From Eledone cirrhosa (lineage: Eukaryota), in the NCBI GenBank assembly GCA_964016885.1, contig OZ024752.1:39928001-39992000 (forward strand): a stretch of DNA of 64,000 nt. The letters run 5' to 3'. Shown piece after piece: positions 58,601 to 63,426 of this stretch; the first letter of the stretch is position 1; every line of letters starts with the position of its first letter. The notes under the pieces are model-generated. The model saw only the letters and a program-made list of their open reading frames with translations. It was not told where the DNA came from and did no database searches. A program made the position numbers and the translations under genes.

Positions 58601-59833
58601 AAATATCTCATTTCTTTTCATTTCTATTGTAGGGTGAACATGGTCGACTAACATACAAGATTACTCAATATTCACCACAAATTGATCCAAACTATTTCTA
58701 TTTGAATCCTGGAACTGGTGCATTAACAGTTACAGCATTACTAAGCACCAACTCGATAATTTCAAACAAATATGTAGTAAGTAACATTAAATTTTTTGTC
58801 ATTCAGGAAACAGTAATATGAAAAGATATGGCTGAATAATGAACTGAATGCTTTACAGCAGTGAAGAACGTTTCCCACCAAAACAAATGGCCCACAAAAT
58901 TCATGAGGAGAATTTCAGTGATCACTAAATATATAAATTTACTTCTTATCACGGAGCAAATACAGAGGATATGTGATGGCTGGAGAGAAATGAGGCAAGC
59001 ATGCTTCGTTGTATGTGGAATGTAAATGTGCGTGAACGACCCAGCATGGATGTGTTGAGAGAGAAACTGTGTCTGAGAGGGACAGAATGTAGTGTGCAAG
59101 AGAGGAGACTGAGGTGGTATGGACATGTGATGTGTTGAGAGAGAAACTGTGTCTGAGAGGGACAGAATGTAGTGTGCGAGAGAGGAGACTGAGGTGGTAT
59201 GGACATGTGATGTGTTGAGAGAGAAACTGTGTCTGAGAGGGACAGAATGTAGTGTGCGAGAGAGGAGACTGAGGTGGTATGGACATGTGATGTGTTGAGA
59301 GAGAAACTGTGTCTGAGAGGGACAGAATGTAGTGTGCGAGAGAGGAGACTGAGGTGGTATGGAGATGTGATGTGTTGAGAGAGAAACTGTGTCTGAGAGG
59401 GACAGAATGTAGTGTGCGAGAGAGGAGACTGAGGTGGTATGGACATGTGATGTGTTGAGAGAGAAACTGTGTCTGAGAGGGACAGAATGTAGTGTGCAAG
59501 AGAGGAGACTGAGGTGGTATGGACATGTGATGTGTTGAGAGAGAAACTGTGTCTGAGAGGGACAGAATGTAGTGTGCGAGAGAGGAGACTGAGGTGGTAT
59601 GGACATGTGATGCGCGTGGAGGATGACCGATGGGTGAAGAAGTGCCAGGAATTGCCAGTTGAAGGAAGACGTGGTAGAGGTAGACCGCGAAAAACATTGG
59701 GCGGAGGTGGTGAGAACAGACCTCAGATCGCTGAAGCTCACAGTGGAGATGACGAGGGACCGTGATGAGTGGAGAGATGCTGTGCTGAATAAGACCCATC
59801 CCACCCTTGCAAGCAGGGAAAAGCGGACGTAAA

Positions 59834-59865
<32 letters not shown>

Positions 59866-60079
59866 ATACATATATATATTCCTTTTTTTTTTACAGCTTG
59901 ATATCCAAGTAGAAGACAATGGCTATCCTAAGAACAAAGCTACTATGCAACTTACAATCAAAATTGTCAAACATTCATCAGCTCCAGTATTCCAGCGACG
60001 TTCGTATGAATTCAACATTAATGTTACAGCTTTAAAGAATGATGTTGTAGGCTATGTAAAGGCAACTGATAAAGATGGG
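464..60079 (+). CDS. Internal part of a giant atypical cadherin gene (25 exons, 1307 aa, ~12.5 EC repeats; Fat-like/lophotrochozoan long-cadherin type), incomplete at both ends
   Basis: 25 exons each bounded by polypyrimidine-AG and GT donors, all multiples of 3, joining into one open frame with repeated cadherin motifs (PxF, AxDxD, YxI, FxIxxxxGxI, AxDxGxP). Confidence 0.93.
812..1110 (+). mobile_element. 3' fragment of R4/Dong-like (restriction-like endonuclease) non-LTR retrotransposon in (TAA)n
   Basis: encodes [13 protein letters not shown]...[10 protein letters not shown]; same as 28247-28570 and 29500-29782; flanked by (TAA)n. Confidence 0.75.
2695..3800. repeat. (CT)n-based compound minisatellite with CCCACTCTATATCCCCCACCCCACA spacer
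   Basis: direct reading. Confidence 0.9.
3896..4015 (+). CDS. cadherin exon 2 (B type, 40 aa) KITYFMQG...[17 protein letters not shown]...
   Basis: ttccag|AAA ... AAC|gtaaga; 120 nt; missed by ORF track. Confidence 0.9.
4068..4580. repeat. degenerate (TG)n microsatellite
   Basis: direct reading. Confidence 0.9.
4904..5243 (+). mobile_element. tRNA-derived SINE family A (CORE-like centre, RTE-type tail ending in (ATG)n); other copies 13852-14199 -, 18822-19203, 19820-20172, 35668-36011, 44008-44403 -, 52691-53015, 60109-60723
   Basis: A box TGGCTTAGTGG, B box GAGTTCAATTC, CCTTGAGCAAGACACTT core, tail GGACGTAAAATGATGATG. Confidence 0.85.
5731..6145 (+). mobile_element. tRNA-derived SINE family B with 6 tandem 45-bp head copies; many further copies in both orientations (e.g. 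2420-2610 -, 12517-12697 -, 28016-28203, 39354-39537, 40144-40335, 44680-44865 -, 50433-50625)
   Basis: GGGCGGTGGATTGGCAGTATCGG...GAGTTCAAATCCC...GCCTTTCATCCTTACGGGGTCGATAAAATAAAGTACCAG...AGTAGAAACAATTATT. Confidence 0.85.
6520..6722 (-). mobile_element. CR1-group LINE 3' fragment
   Basis: minus strand encodes [25 protein letters not shown]...NNSL. Confidence 0.5.
6882..7061 (+). CDS. cadherin exon 3 (A, 60 aa) [12 protein letters not shown]...KPVFQQKTY...DADSTNT
   Basis: ttgtag|GCA ... ACA|gtatgt; 180 nt. Confidence 0.9.
8532..8773. mobile_element. piggyBac-like MITE (other copies 20623-20844, 40685-41257, 47339-47926, 48116-48517, 55821-56148)
   Basis: TTAA-CCCTTTAGCATTTA ... TAAATGCTAAAGGG-TTAA terminal inverted repeats with TTAA ends. 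Confidence 0.75.
8885..9004 (+). CDS. cadherin exon 4 (B, 40 aa) LNLAYKVIG...[12 protein letters not shown]...QYT
   Basis: tttaag|TTG ... ACT|gtaagt; 120 nt. Confidence 0.88.
9391..9573 (+). CDS. cadherin exon 5 (A, 61 aa) LIVEAYK...RNLNTPTF...QATDNDN
   Basis: ttttag|CTG ... AAT|gtaagt; 183 nt. Confidence 0.92.
10591..10710 (+). CDS. cadherin exon 6 (B, 40 aa) [27 protein letters not shown]...
   Basis: tttcag|GAT ... GAT|gtaagt; 120 nt. Confidence 0.92.
11590..11922. repeat. (TA)n/(TACA)/(TATG) microsatellite
   Basis: direct reading; source of spurious IYIY ORFs. Confidence 0.95.
12463..12713 (+). ncRNA. Type I hammerhead ribozyme motif split by a SINE insertion
   Basis: tattttgt-CTGAAGA(12471)-stem II-GAAA(12503)-TATATA-TA, then SINE, then atgaaata (stem I partner); 11-bp duplication ATATATATAAT at 12506 and 12698. 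Confidence 0.65.
13451..13498 (+). ncRNA. Minimal type I hammerhead ribozyme (Penelope-like)
   Basis: GCC-CTGATGA-GTCCT(TAAT)AGGAC-GAAAC-ATT-GT-T-GGC followed by AATAAA; in a ~140-bp unique segment between (TA)n tracts. Confidence 0.8.
14711..14899 (+). CDS. cadherin exon 7 (A, 63 aa) [11 protein letters not shown]...SPSF...AATPQSQN
   Basis: ttgcag|TGT ... AAT|gtaagt; 189 nt. Confidence 0.9.
15487..15941. mobile_element. pogo/Tigger-like MITE with nested SINE (15530-15743)
   Basis: TACTGTATATACTCGAATATAA ... TTATATTTGAGTATATAAAGTA imperfect TIRs with TA ends. Confidence 0.5.
16022..16710. mobile_element. pogo/Tigger-like MITE pieces (TACCGTATTTCCCAGCG / CGCTGGGAAATACAGTA) with a CR1-like fragment (16330-16475)
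   Basis: matching TIRs at 16022, ~16495-16510 and ~16694-16710. Confidence 0.5.
16855..16983 (+). CDS. cadherin exon 8 (B, 43 aa) DVIRYRVVG...[13 protein letters not shown]...SYT
   Basis: tttcag|GAT ... ACA|gtgagt; 129 nt. Confidence 0.92.
17075..17842. repeat. AT-rich ~31-bp minisatellite (ATATCATTTGAGATTTATTATATTATATAAT), ~25 copies
   Basis: direct reading; fills most of the intron between exons 8 and 9. Confidence 0.92.
17887..18069 (+). CDS. cadherin exon 9 (A, 61 aa) LKIEAYV...RNANGPIF...VTDADS
   Basis: ctatag|TTA ... AGC|gtaagt; 183 nt. Confidence 0.92.
20341..20469 (+). CDS. cadherin exon 10 (B, 43 aa) KFITCKITG...[13 protein letters not shown]...RYT
   Basis: ttccag|AAA ... ACA|gtaagt; 129 nt. 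Confidence 0.9.
21908..22508. repeat. 63-bp tandem array (~9.5 copies) from SINE B central region
   Basis: unit CATCCTTACGGGGGTCGATAAAATAAAGCACCAGTAATGTACTGGGGTCGCTATACTAGATAT. Confidence 0.9.
22612..23560 (+). repeat. ~260-bp tandem array of whole SINE B copies (~4)
   Basis: direct reading. Confidence 0.85.
23606..23788 (+). CDS. cadherin exon 11 (A, 61 aa) [11 protein letters not shown]...IPENKG...AINNNG
   Basis: ttttag|ATC ... GGT|gtaagt; 183 nt. Confidence 0.9.
24239..26845 (+). mobile_element. RTE-clade LINE, 5'-truncated, APE endonuclease + reverse transcriptase, frameshift near 25930
   Basis: AYAPQ..GDFNGH..QIDFIL (APE); [32 protein letters not shown] (RT); [10 protein letters not shown]-terminus. 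Confidence 0.95.
27623..27754 (+). CDS. cadherin exon 12 (B, 44 aa) GQIEYQIL...[13 protein letters not shown]...MYT
   Basis: tttcag|GGT ... ACG|gtaagc; 132 nt. Confidence 0.92.
28247..28570 (+). mobile_element. R4/Dong-like 3' fragment in (TAA)n
   Basis: homologous to 812-1110 and 29500-29782. Confidence 0.75.
28660..29790 (+). mobile_element. R4/Dong-like non-LTR retrotransposon 3' portion (CCHC finger + restriction-like endonuclease), degenerate
   Basis: AAQEQAL..CRIC..E...[19 protein letters not shown]; ends in (TAA)n. Confidence 0.8.
29962..30144 (+). CDS. cadherin exon 13 (A, 61 aa) IRISAFD...[10 protein letters not shown]...QATDADN
   Basis: tttcag|ATT ... AAT|gtaaga; 183 nt. Confidence 0.92.
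30866..31145 (+). mobile_element. RTE 3' fragment (second family; also 40838-41170 and 58950-59862)
   Basis: [21 protein letters not shown]...GRGRPRKTW; (ATG)n tail. Confidence 0.85.
31993..32115 (+). CDS. cadherin exon 14 (B, 41 aa) DPLVYSF...[12 protein letters not shown]...SFN
   Basis: atgtag|GAC ... AAC|gtaagg; 123 nt. Confidence 0.88.
32832..33830 (-). repeat. 74-bp tandem array (~13 copies) of a tRNA-like SINE head
   Basis: minus unit TGTGGYCTAGTGGTAAGGGTGTTGGACATGATTATAATGTTGTGGGTTCGATTCCTGGACTGAGGAGTATATTG with A and B boxes. Confidence 0.88.
33899..34084 (+). CDS. cadherin exon 15 (A, 62 aa) [12 protein letters not shown]...QPPVF...ATDPSNQ
   Basis: tttcag|TTC ... CAG|gtaaga; 186 nt; an in-frame alternative acceptor exists 6 nt downstream. 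Confidence 0.9.
34170..35310. repeat. (CA)n-based compound minisatellite with ATGCACATGTGG spacer
   Basis: direct reading. Confidence 0.92.
36038..36166 (+). CDS. cadherin exon 16 (B, 43 aa) DQVEYNISG...[13 protein letters not shown]...
   Basis: ttgcag|GAT ... GTG|gtaagt; 129 nt. Confidence 0.9.
36210..37305 (-). mobile_element. CR1-like LINE 3' end containing a 61-bp tandem array (~13 copies, 36385-37178)
   Basis: minus strand unit encodes [21 protein letters not shown], the CR1-type C-terminal motif. Confidence 0.75.
38423..38611 (+). CDS. cadherin exon 17 (A, 63 aa) VLIKAYL...KNINKPVF...NATDADNT
   Basis: tttcag|GTC ... ACG|gtaact; 189 nt. Confidence 0.92.
39591..39725 (+). CDS. cadherin exon 18 (B, 45 aa) [10 protein letters not shown]...[17 protein letters not shown]...
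   Basis: ccacag|TTT ... AAA|gtaagt; 135 nt. Confidence 0.93.
41796..41978 (+). CDS. cadherin exon 19 (A, 61 aa) [11 protein letters not shown]...RNKNAPQF...IATDSDT
   Basis: caccag|TTT ... ACT|gtaagt; 183 nt. Confidence 0.93.
42282..43745. repeat. long degenerate (CA)n/(CAGA) microsatellite
   Basis: direct reading. Confidence 0.95.
43815..43946 (+). CDS. cadherin exon 20 (B, 44 aa) [10 protein letters not shown]...[13 protein letters not shown]...KYT
   Basis: ttctag|GGT ... ACG|gtaaat; 132 nt. Confidence 0.92.
45099..46650. repeat. 48-bp tandem array (~32 copies) inside an RTE-tail/SINE element (44990-46955)
   Basis: unit CACCCAGTCTACACTGTAAAATGGTCCTGTTGGTGTCACAACAAAAAG. Confidence 0.93.
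47352..47780. repeat. 72-bp tandem array (~6 copies) inside piggyBac-like MITE
   Basis: 24-aa periodicity in ORF 47376..47783. Confidence 0.88.
48268..48500. repeat. 60-bp tandem array (~4 copies) inside piggyBac-like MITE
   Basis: direct reading. Confidence 0.88.
48611..48796 (+). CDS. cadherin exon 21 (A, 62 aa) INVAASDSG...NNKPYF...VDE...AKDPTQAS
   Basis: ttttag|ATC ... TCG|gtgagt; 186 nt. Confidence 0.92.
49249..49309 (+). ncRNA. Type I hammerhead ribozyme
   Basis: ACTGC-CTGAAGA-GGTCACAGCCA(AAGA)TGGCTGTCACT-GAAA-TATATA-T-A-GCAGT-AATAAA. Confidence 0.85.
49519..49581 (-). ncRNA. Type I hammerhead ribozyme
   Basis: minus strand TATTTTGT-CTGATGA-AAACGTAC..GTACCTTT-GAAA-TAAGTA-T-A-ATAAAATA. 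Confidence 0.75.
49758..49804 (-). ncRNA. Type I hammerhead ribozyme (U4C variant core)
   Basis: minus strand TGCT-CCGATGA-TTCCAAAC(GAAA)GTTTGGAA-GAAAC-GATT-GT-C-AGCA-ATAAA. Confidence 0.8.
50841..50910 (+). ncRNA. Type I hammerhead ribozyme, probably inactivated (G12A)
   Basis: TATATTTTAT-CTGATGA-GGACGTACTG..CAGTACCTCC-AAAA-TATATA-T-A-ATAAAATATA; 10-bp stem I; same family as 49519-49581. Confidence 0.75.
51037..51398. repeat. ~104-bp inverted repeat with ~154-bp spacer that carries a hammerhead
   Basis: arms 51037-51140 and 51295-51398. Confidence 0.92.
51196..51240 (-). ncRNA. Type I hammerhead ribozyme
   Basis: minus strand AGTCA-CTGAAGA-G-GTCACA(GAGTG)TGTGAC-GAAAG-AA-CT-A-TGACT. Confidence 0.75.
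51641..51742 (+). ncRNA. Type I hammerhead ribozyme with a very long (~62 nt) stem II
   Basis: GACATAT-CCGAGGA-[TCTTGCGATC...AGGTTCGATC..GATCGTACCT...GGTCGCCAGA]-GAAAC-GATT-GT-A-ATATGTC-TAATAAA; perfect 7-bp stem I. Confidence 0.75.
51793..51904. repeat. perfect 54-bp-arm palindrome (loop CTAT) of a hammerhead 3' half
   Basis: arms 51793-51846 / 51851-51904. Confidence 0.92.
52154..52492. repeat. ~114-bp inverted repeat ending in CTGATGA-AGGA next to (TA)n
   Basis: arms 52154-52267 / 52379-52492. Confidence 0.9.
52527..52651. repeat. perfect 59-bp-arm palindrome (loop TTAGCCG) of a hammerhead 3' half, between (TA)n tracts
   Basis: arms 52527-52585 / 52593-52651; related to 51793-51904. Confidence 0.92.
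53046..53988 (+). mobile_element. RTE 3' end and 3' UTR with a 112-bp tandem array (~5 copies)
   Basis: inverted homolog of 61597-62200; (GAT)n tail. Confidence 0.8.
54079..54189 (+). CDS. cadherin exon 22 (B, 37 aa) GQLLYEL...[12 protein letters not shown]...
   Basis: tcacag|GGA ... AAT|gtaagt; 111 nt. Confidence 0.88.
54492..55112 (-). mobile_element. Non-autonomous Helitron-like element
   Basis: minus strand starts TCTATATATATAAAG with a (CTGT)/(TTGT) tract and ends in GC-rich CGCAGCAAAGCGCGGG then CTAG, between A and T. Confidence 0.65.
56225..56407 (+). CDS. cadherin exon 23 (A, 61 aa) IKVRAYR...TKPQF...NATDPDT
   Basis: aaacag|ATT ... ACT|gtaagt; 183 nt. Confidence 0.92.
56670..57395 (+). 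mobile_element. Tx1/L1-like LINE 3' end (ORF2 CCHC finger + 3' UTR) within (TTA)n
   Basis: [25 protein letters not shown] followed by ORF 56789..57136; flanked by (TTA)n. Confidence 0.8.
57580..58470 (+). mobile_element. Possible 5' end/ORF1 remnant of a non-LTR retrotransposon
   Basis: low-complexity S/N/T ORF 57770..58324 with SFAKA motif, followed out of frame by VLFATPEEA. Confidence 0.35.
58633..58776 (+). CDS. cadherin exon 24 (B, 48 aa) [10 protein letters not shown]...[13 protein letters not shown]...KYV
   Basis: ttgtag|GGT ... GTA|gtaagt; 144 nt. Confidence 0.9.
59049..59608. repeat. 80-bp tandem array (7 copies) inside RTE 3' fragment
   Basis: direct reading. Confidence 0.92.
59897..60079 (+). 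CDS. cadherin exon 25 (A, 61 aa) [11 protein letters not shown]...APVF...KATDKDG
   Basis: ttacag|CTT ... GGG|gtaagt; 183 nt. Confidence 0.93.
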
Positions 60080-60689
60080 GTAAGTTTTATAATTTCATAA
60101 TATTGTTTTGGAGGCATATGGCTTAGTGGTTAGAGCATTGGCCTTGCAATCGAAAGGTTGTGAGTTCAATTCTCAGACCGGGTGATGTGTTGTTTCCTTG
60201 AGCAAGGCACTTTATTTCACATTGCTCCAGTTTACTCAGATGTAGAAATGAGATGATAGGGACCCCAGGGGTCCCTATCATTCCACTGCAAAGTGGTCGT
60301 GGAGGTGCCACGGCAAAAAAAGCACCCAGCACTCTCTGTAAATGAGGTTGGTGTTAGGAAGGGCATTCAGCTGTAGAAATGAGATGATAAAGACAGGGTC
60401 CATATCATTCCACTGCAAAGTGGTCGTGGAGGTGCCACGGCAAAAAAGCACCCAGCACTCACTGTAAATGAGGTTGGTGTTAGGAAGGGCATTCAGCTGT
60501 AGAAATGAGATGATAGGGACTGGGGTCCCTATCATTCCACTGCAAAGTGGTCGTGGAGGTGCCACGGCAAAAAAAGCACCCAGCACTCGCTGTAAATGAG
60601 GTTGGTGTTAGGAAAGGCATCCAGCTGTAGAAATCAAGCCAGAATCAGTTCCCGTCCCACCCTTGCAAGCAGGGAAAAGCGGACGTAAA

Positions 60690-60722
<33 letters not shown>

Positions 60723-60964
60723 TTTTATGAAATAATTTACTGCTTGCAACCATATATATACATTAGGTGTGTAAAGACGTTACAGGCAGTGTGTTGTTCA
60801 AAGAAGCACTCAATGCTGTTATGAGGCCCATTTCATTTGGGTTGTATTCTAGAGTTACAGCTTTGCCGAATGTAAATAGACTTTATTTGCATAATACAAT
60901 TGTTTTTATAGTGATTAGATCAAGGTGCAATCTGTTCAGATGTGTCTTTGTACATATAAGCTTA

Positions 60965-61060
60965 CATATCTCACGAAATGACAAAAAAAGAGTTGGGCCT
61001 CGTCACCTGGATTGTACCTTAAGCTGATTAATATTGAAACAATTGTAATATGAAAATAAA
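60965..61060 (+). ncRNA. Degenerate long-stem-II hammerhead (G5C core)
   Basis: CATAT-CTCACGA-AATG...TATT-GAAAC-AATT-GT-A-ATATG-AAAATAAA; an inverted partial copy lies at ~60880-60935. Confidence 0.6.
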
Positions 61061-61141
61061 GTTTGTAGGTATGCTGCAACACTGCAACACTGACTTTGAT
61101 TCTTTAAATCTCTCTCTCCCTCTCTCTTTGTCTGTCTCTCC

Positions 61142-61215
<74 letters not shown>

Positions 61216-61247
61216 TTGCAAGCAGGGAAAAGCGGACGTAAAATGAC

Positions 61248-61286
<39 letters not shown>

Positions 61287-61340
61287 ATATATATATAGAG
61301 AGAGAGAGAGGGAGAGGGAGAGAGAGAGAGAGAGAGAGAG

Positions 61341-61545
61341 AAGGTGCGTGGCTAAGTGGTTAGAGAATTGGTTTCGCAATTGTCAGTTCGATTCCCAGGC
61401 CAAGCAATGCGTTATGTTCTTGAGCAAGACACTTTATTTTACATTGCTCCTTCTACCTGGAGTTGCGACCGATAGAGAGTACTAGCAATTGGAAAGACCA
61501 ACGGAAACATTGTTTCCTCGGTCCGAATTGACGAAAGTCAATCAA
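61341..61545 (+). mobile_element. tRNA-derived SINE family C (CORE-like centre as family A, different tail; also 15530-15743 -, 44450-44660 -)
   Basis: TGGCTAAGTGG A box, GTTCGATTCC B box, CTTGAGCAAGACACTT core. Confidence 0.75.
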
Positions 61546-61549
61546 CTGT

Positions 61550-61596
<47 letters not shown>

Positions 61597-61597
<1 letters not shown>

Positions 61598-62745
61598 CAT
61601 CATCATCATCATCATCAGGTTTAGCGTCCGTGTTCCACGCTTGCATGGGTTTGGACGGGGGTTTTCCCACTTGAGGCAAGAGTGGTTGTCTTGCTCGCAT
61701 AGGACTGTCTGGCGGGTTTTCTACAGTTGGATGCCCTTCCTAACACCAACCACATTTACAGTGTGGGGCTGGGAGGTTTTTACCGTGTTGCCTACACGGC
61801 CACATTACAGCGTGGACTGTCTGGCGGGTTTTCTACAGCTGGATGCCCTTCCTAACACCAACCACATTTACAGTGTGGGGCTGGGAGGTTTTTACCGTGT
61901 TGCCTACACGGCCACATTTACAGCGTGGACTGTGTGTTTTTTTGTCGTGACACCTACATGATCTCATTTGTTTCGGCCTGGATGTTGTGGGACCAACATA
62001 ACTTTACATTGAAAGGGGCGGTGTGGATGGGGTGGAGGTGGTGGGACGGGAGGGTGTTTTGATAGAGATGCCTACTGACTGTAGTAGGTTTTTACTTTGT
62101 ATTTAGGTAAGGCGGGTCTTCTCTATTACTGAGTACCGCCAAAGGTCTCGGTCCAGTGACATTGTCTTGGAGAGGTGTAAGCGTGTGAGGTCGGAATTTA
62201 TCAGCTCGTCCCATCTATCTTTATTGCCCTGCACTTTGTTATACAGCTGTCGTCTTTCATGCGCATCACGTGACCGTACCAACGTAGCCTTCTCTCGAGT
62301 AAACAACATCTGATCCCTCTTATTTCTAATTTTTTCCTTAGTTCGTTTATGCTTTGCCGTTCACGTATATTACTATTGCACATCCAGCGGAGCATGCAAG
62401 TTTCGTTCCTCTCTAGTCTGCATATATCCTCTGCACACAATGCCCAGGTCTCACTGCCATGCAGCATTGCTGTTCGTATGCAGGCATCGTATAACCTGCC
62501 TTTCATTTTTAGGGAGAACCCTCTAGCGGCTAATAGTGGTATAAGCTCTCTGAACTTTTTCCATCCAGTTCTGACTCTAGCTACTGTACTTTCAGAGCAC
62601 CCTCCCCCACTGCTGATTTTGTCACCCAGGTAACAGAAGCTGTCCACTATTTCTATAGAACCCTCTGCGCAGTTGAAGGAGCTAGTATTTTGTGGGCACT
62701 TGCTGCTACTTATTGCACCAGAGCACCGGCCACATGTAAAATCTA
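61597..62745 (-). mobile_element. RTE LINE 3' fragment with complete 3' UTR, same family as 24239-26845
   Basis: ORF 62201..62647 closely matches ORF 26036..26905. Confidence 0.9.
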
Positions 62746-62960
62746 TACATACATATATATATAGTATTAAGGATACTATTTATGGTTATGTATATACTAA
62801 AACTTTTTATTGTTATATATATTTTAAACCCTAAACAGTGAAGGTCAGTAATTTATTACTACCTTATTACCAGTAAGATAAATAGCTCAATGTAATAACA
62901 TCAGTTGTTCTACAGAGCAGTTATATAGAATTCACAGGAATCAAAGATATGTTCAAACCA

Positions 62961-63013
62961 TTTATTAGCTTACAGTTGTTTCATCCAAACTGAGGTTTGG
63001 AGTCTTCAGAGCA
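62961..63013 (-). ncRNA. Type I hammerhead ribozyme (left arm of palindrome)
   Basis: minus strand GCT-CTGAAGA-CTCCAAAC(CTCA)GTTTGGAT-GAAAC-AACT-GT-A-AGC-TAATAAA. Confidence 0.75.
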
Positions 63014-63299
63014 TTTTTCAATGTTTGTACACATACGTGACCTCCTTTCCAACGCAAGAGACATACAGATACATATGTATATATTGATGCAGGAGTTTAC
63101 ACTGTTGATCAATAATTTCTCACATGTATTCTTGGATGGTATTGGTATGTTCTTGGTTGACATAGGGAGTTGGTCTTTGATCAGCATACTGGCAATTTAT
63201 TGTATGTTAGCTCAACAGTATGGAGCAGTTAATACATATGTATCTGTATGTCTCTTGCGTTGGAAAGGAGGTCACGTATGTGTACAAACATTGAAAAAA

Positions 63300-63352
63300 T
63301 GCTCAGAAGACTCCAAACCTCGGTTTGGATGAAACAATTGTAAGCTAATAAA
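63300..63352 (+). ncRNA. Type I hammerhead ribozyme, U4A mutant (right arm of palindrome)
   Basis: GCT-CAGAAGA-CTCCAAAC(CTCG)GTTTGGAT-GAAAC-AATT-GT-A-AGC-TAATAAA. Confidence 0.72.
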
Positions 63353-63381
63353 TGGTTTGAACATATCTTTGATTCCTGTGT

Positions 63382-63426
<45 letters not shown>

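Larger units (their letters stand above)
62923..63390. repeat. ~158-bp inverted repeat, each arm with a hammerhead
   Basis: arms ~62923-63080 / ~63232-63390, followed by (TA)n. Confidence 0.9.

Noticed and set aside
464-60079. Assignment as clustered protocadherin or a named Fat/Dachsous orthologue
   Set aside because: More than 12 ECs in many small exons with non-canonical Ca motifs; no diagnostic EGF/LamG/cytoplasmic region in the window, so no symbol given
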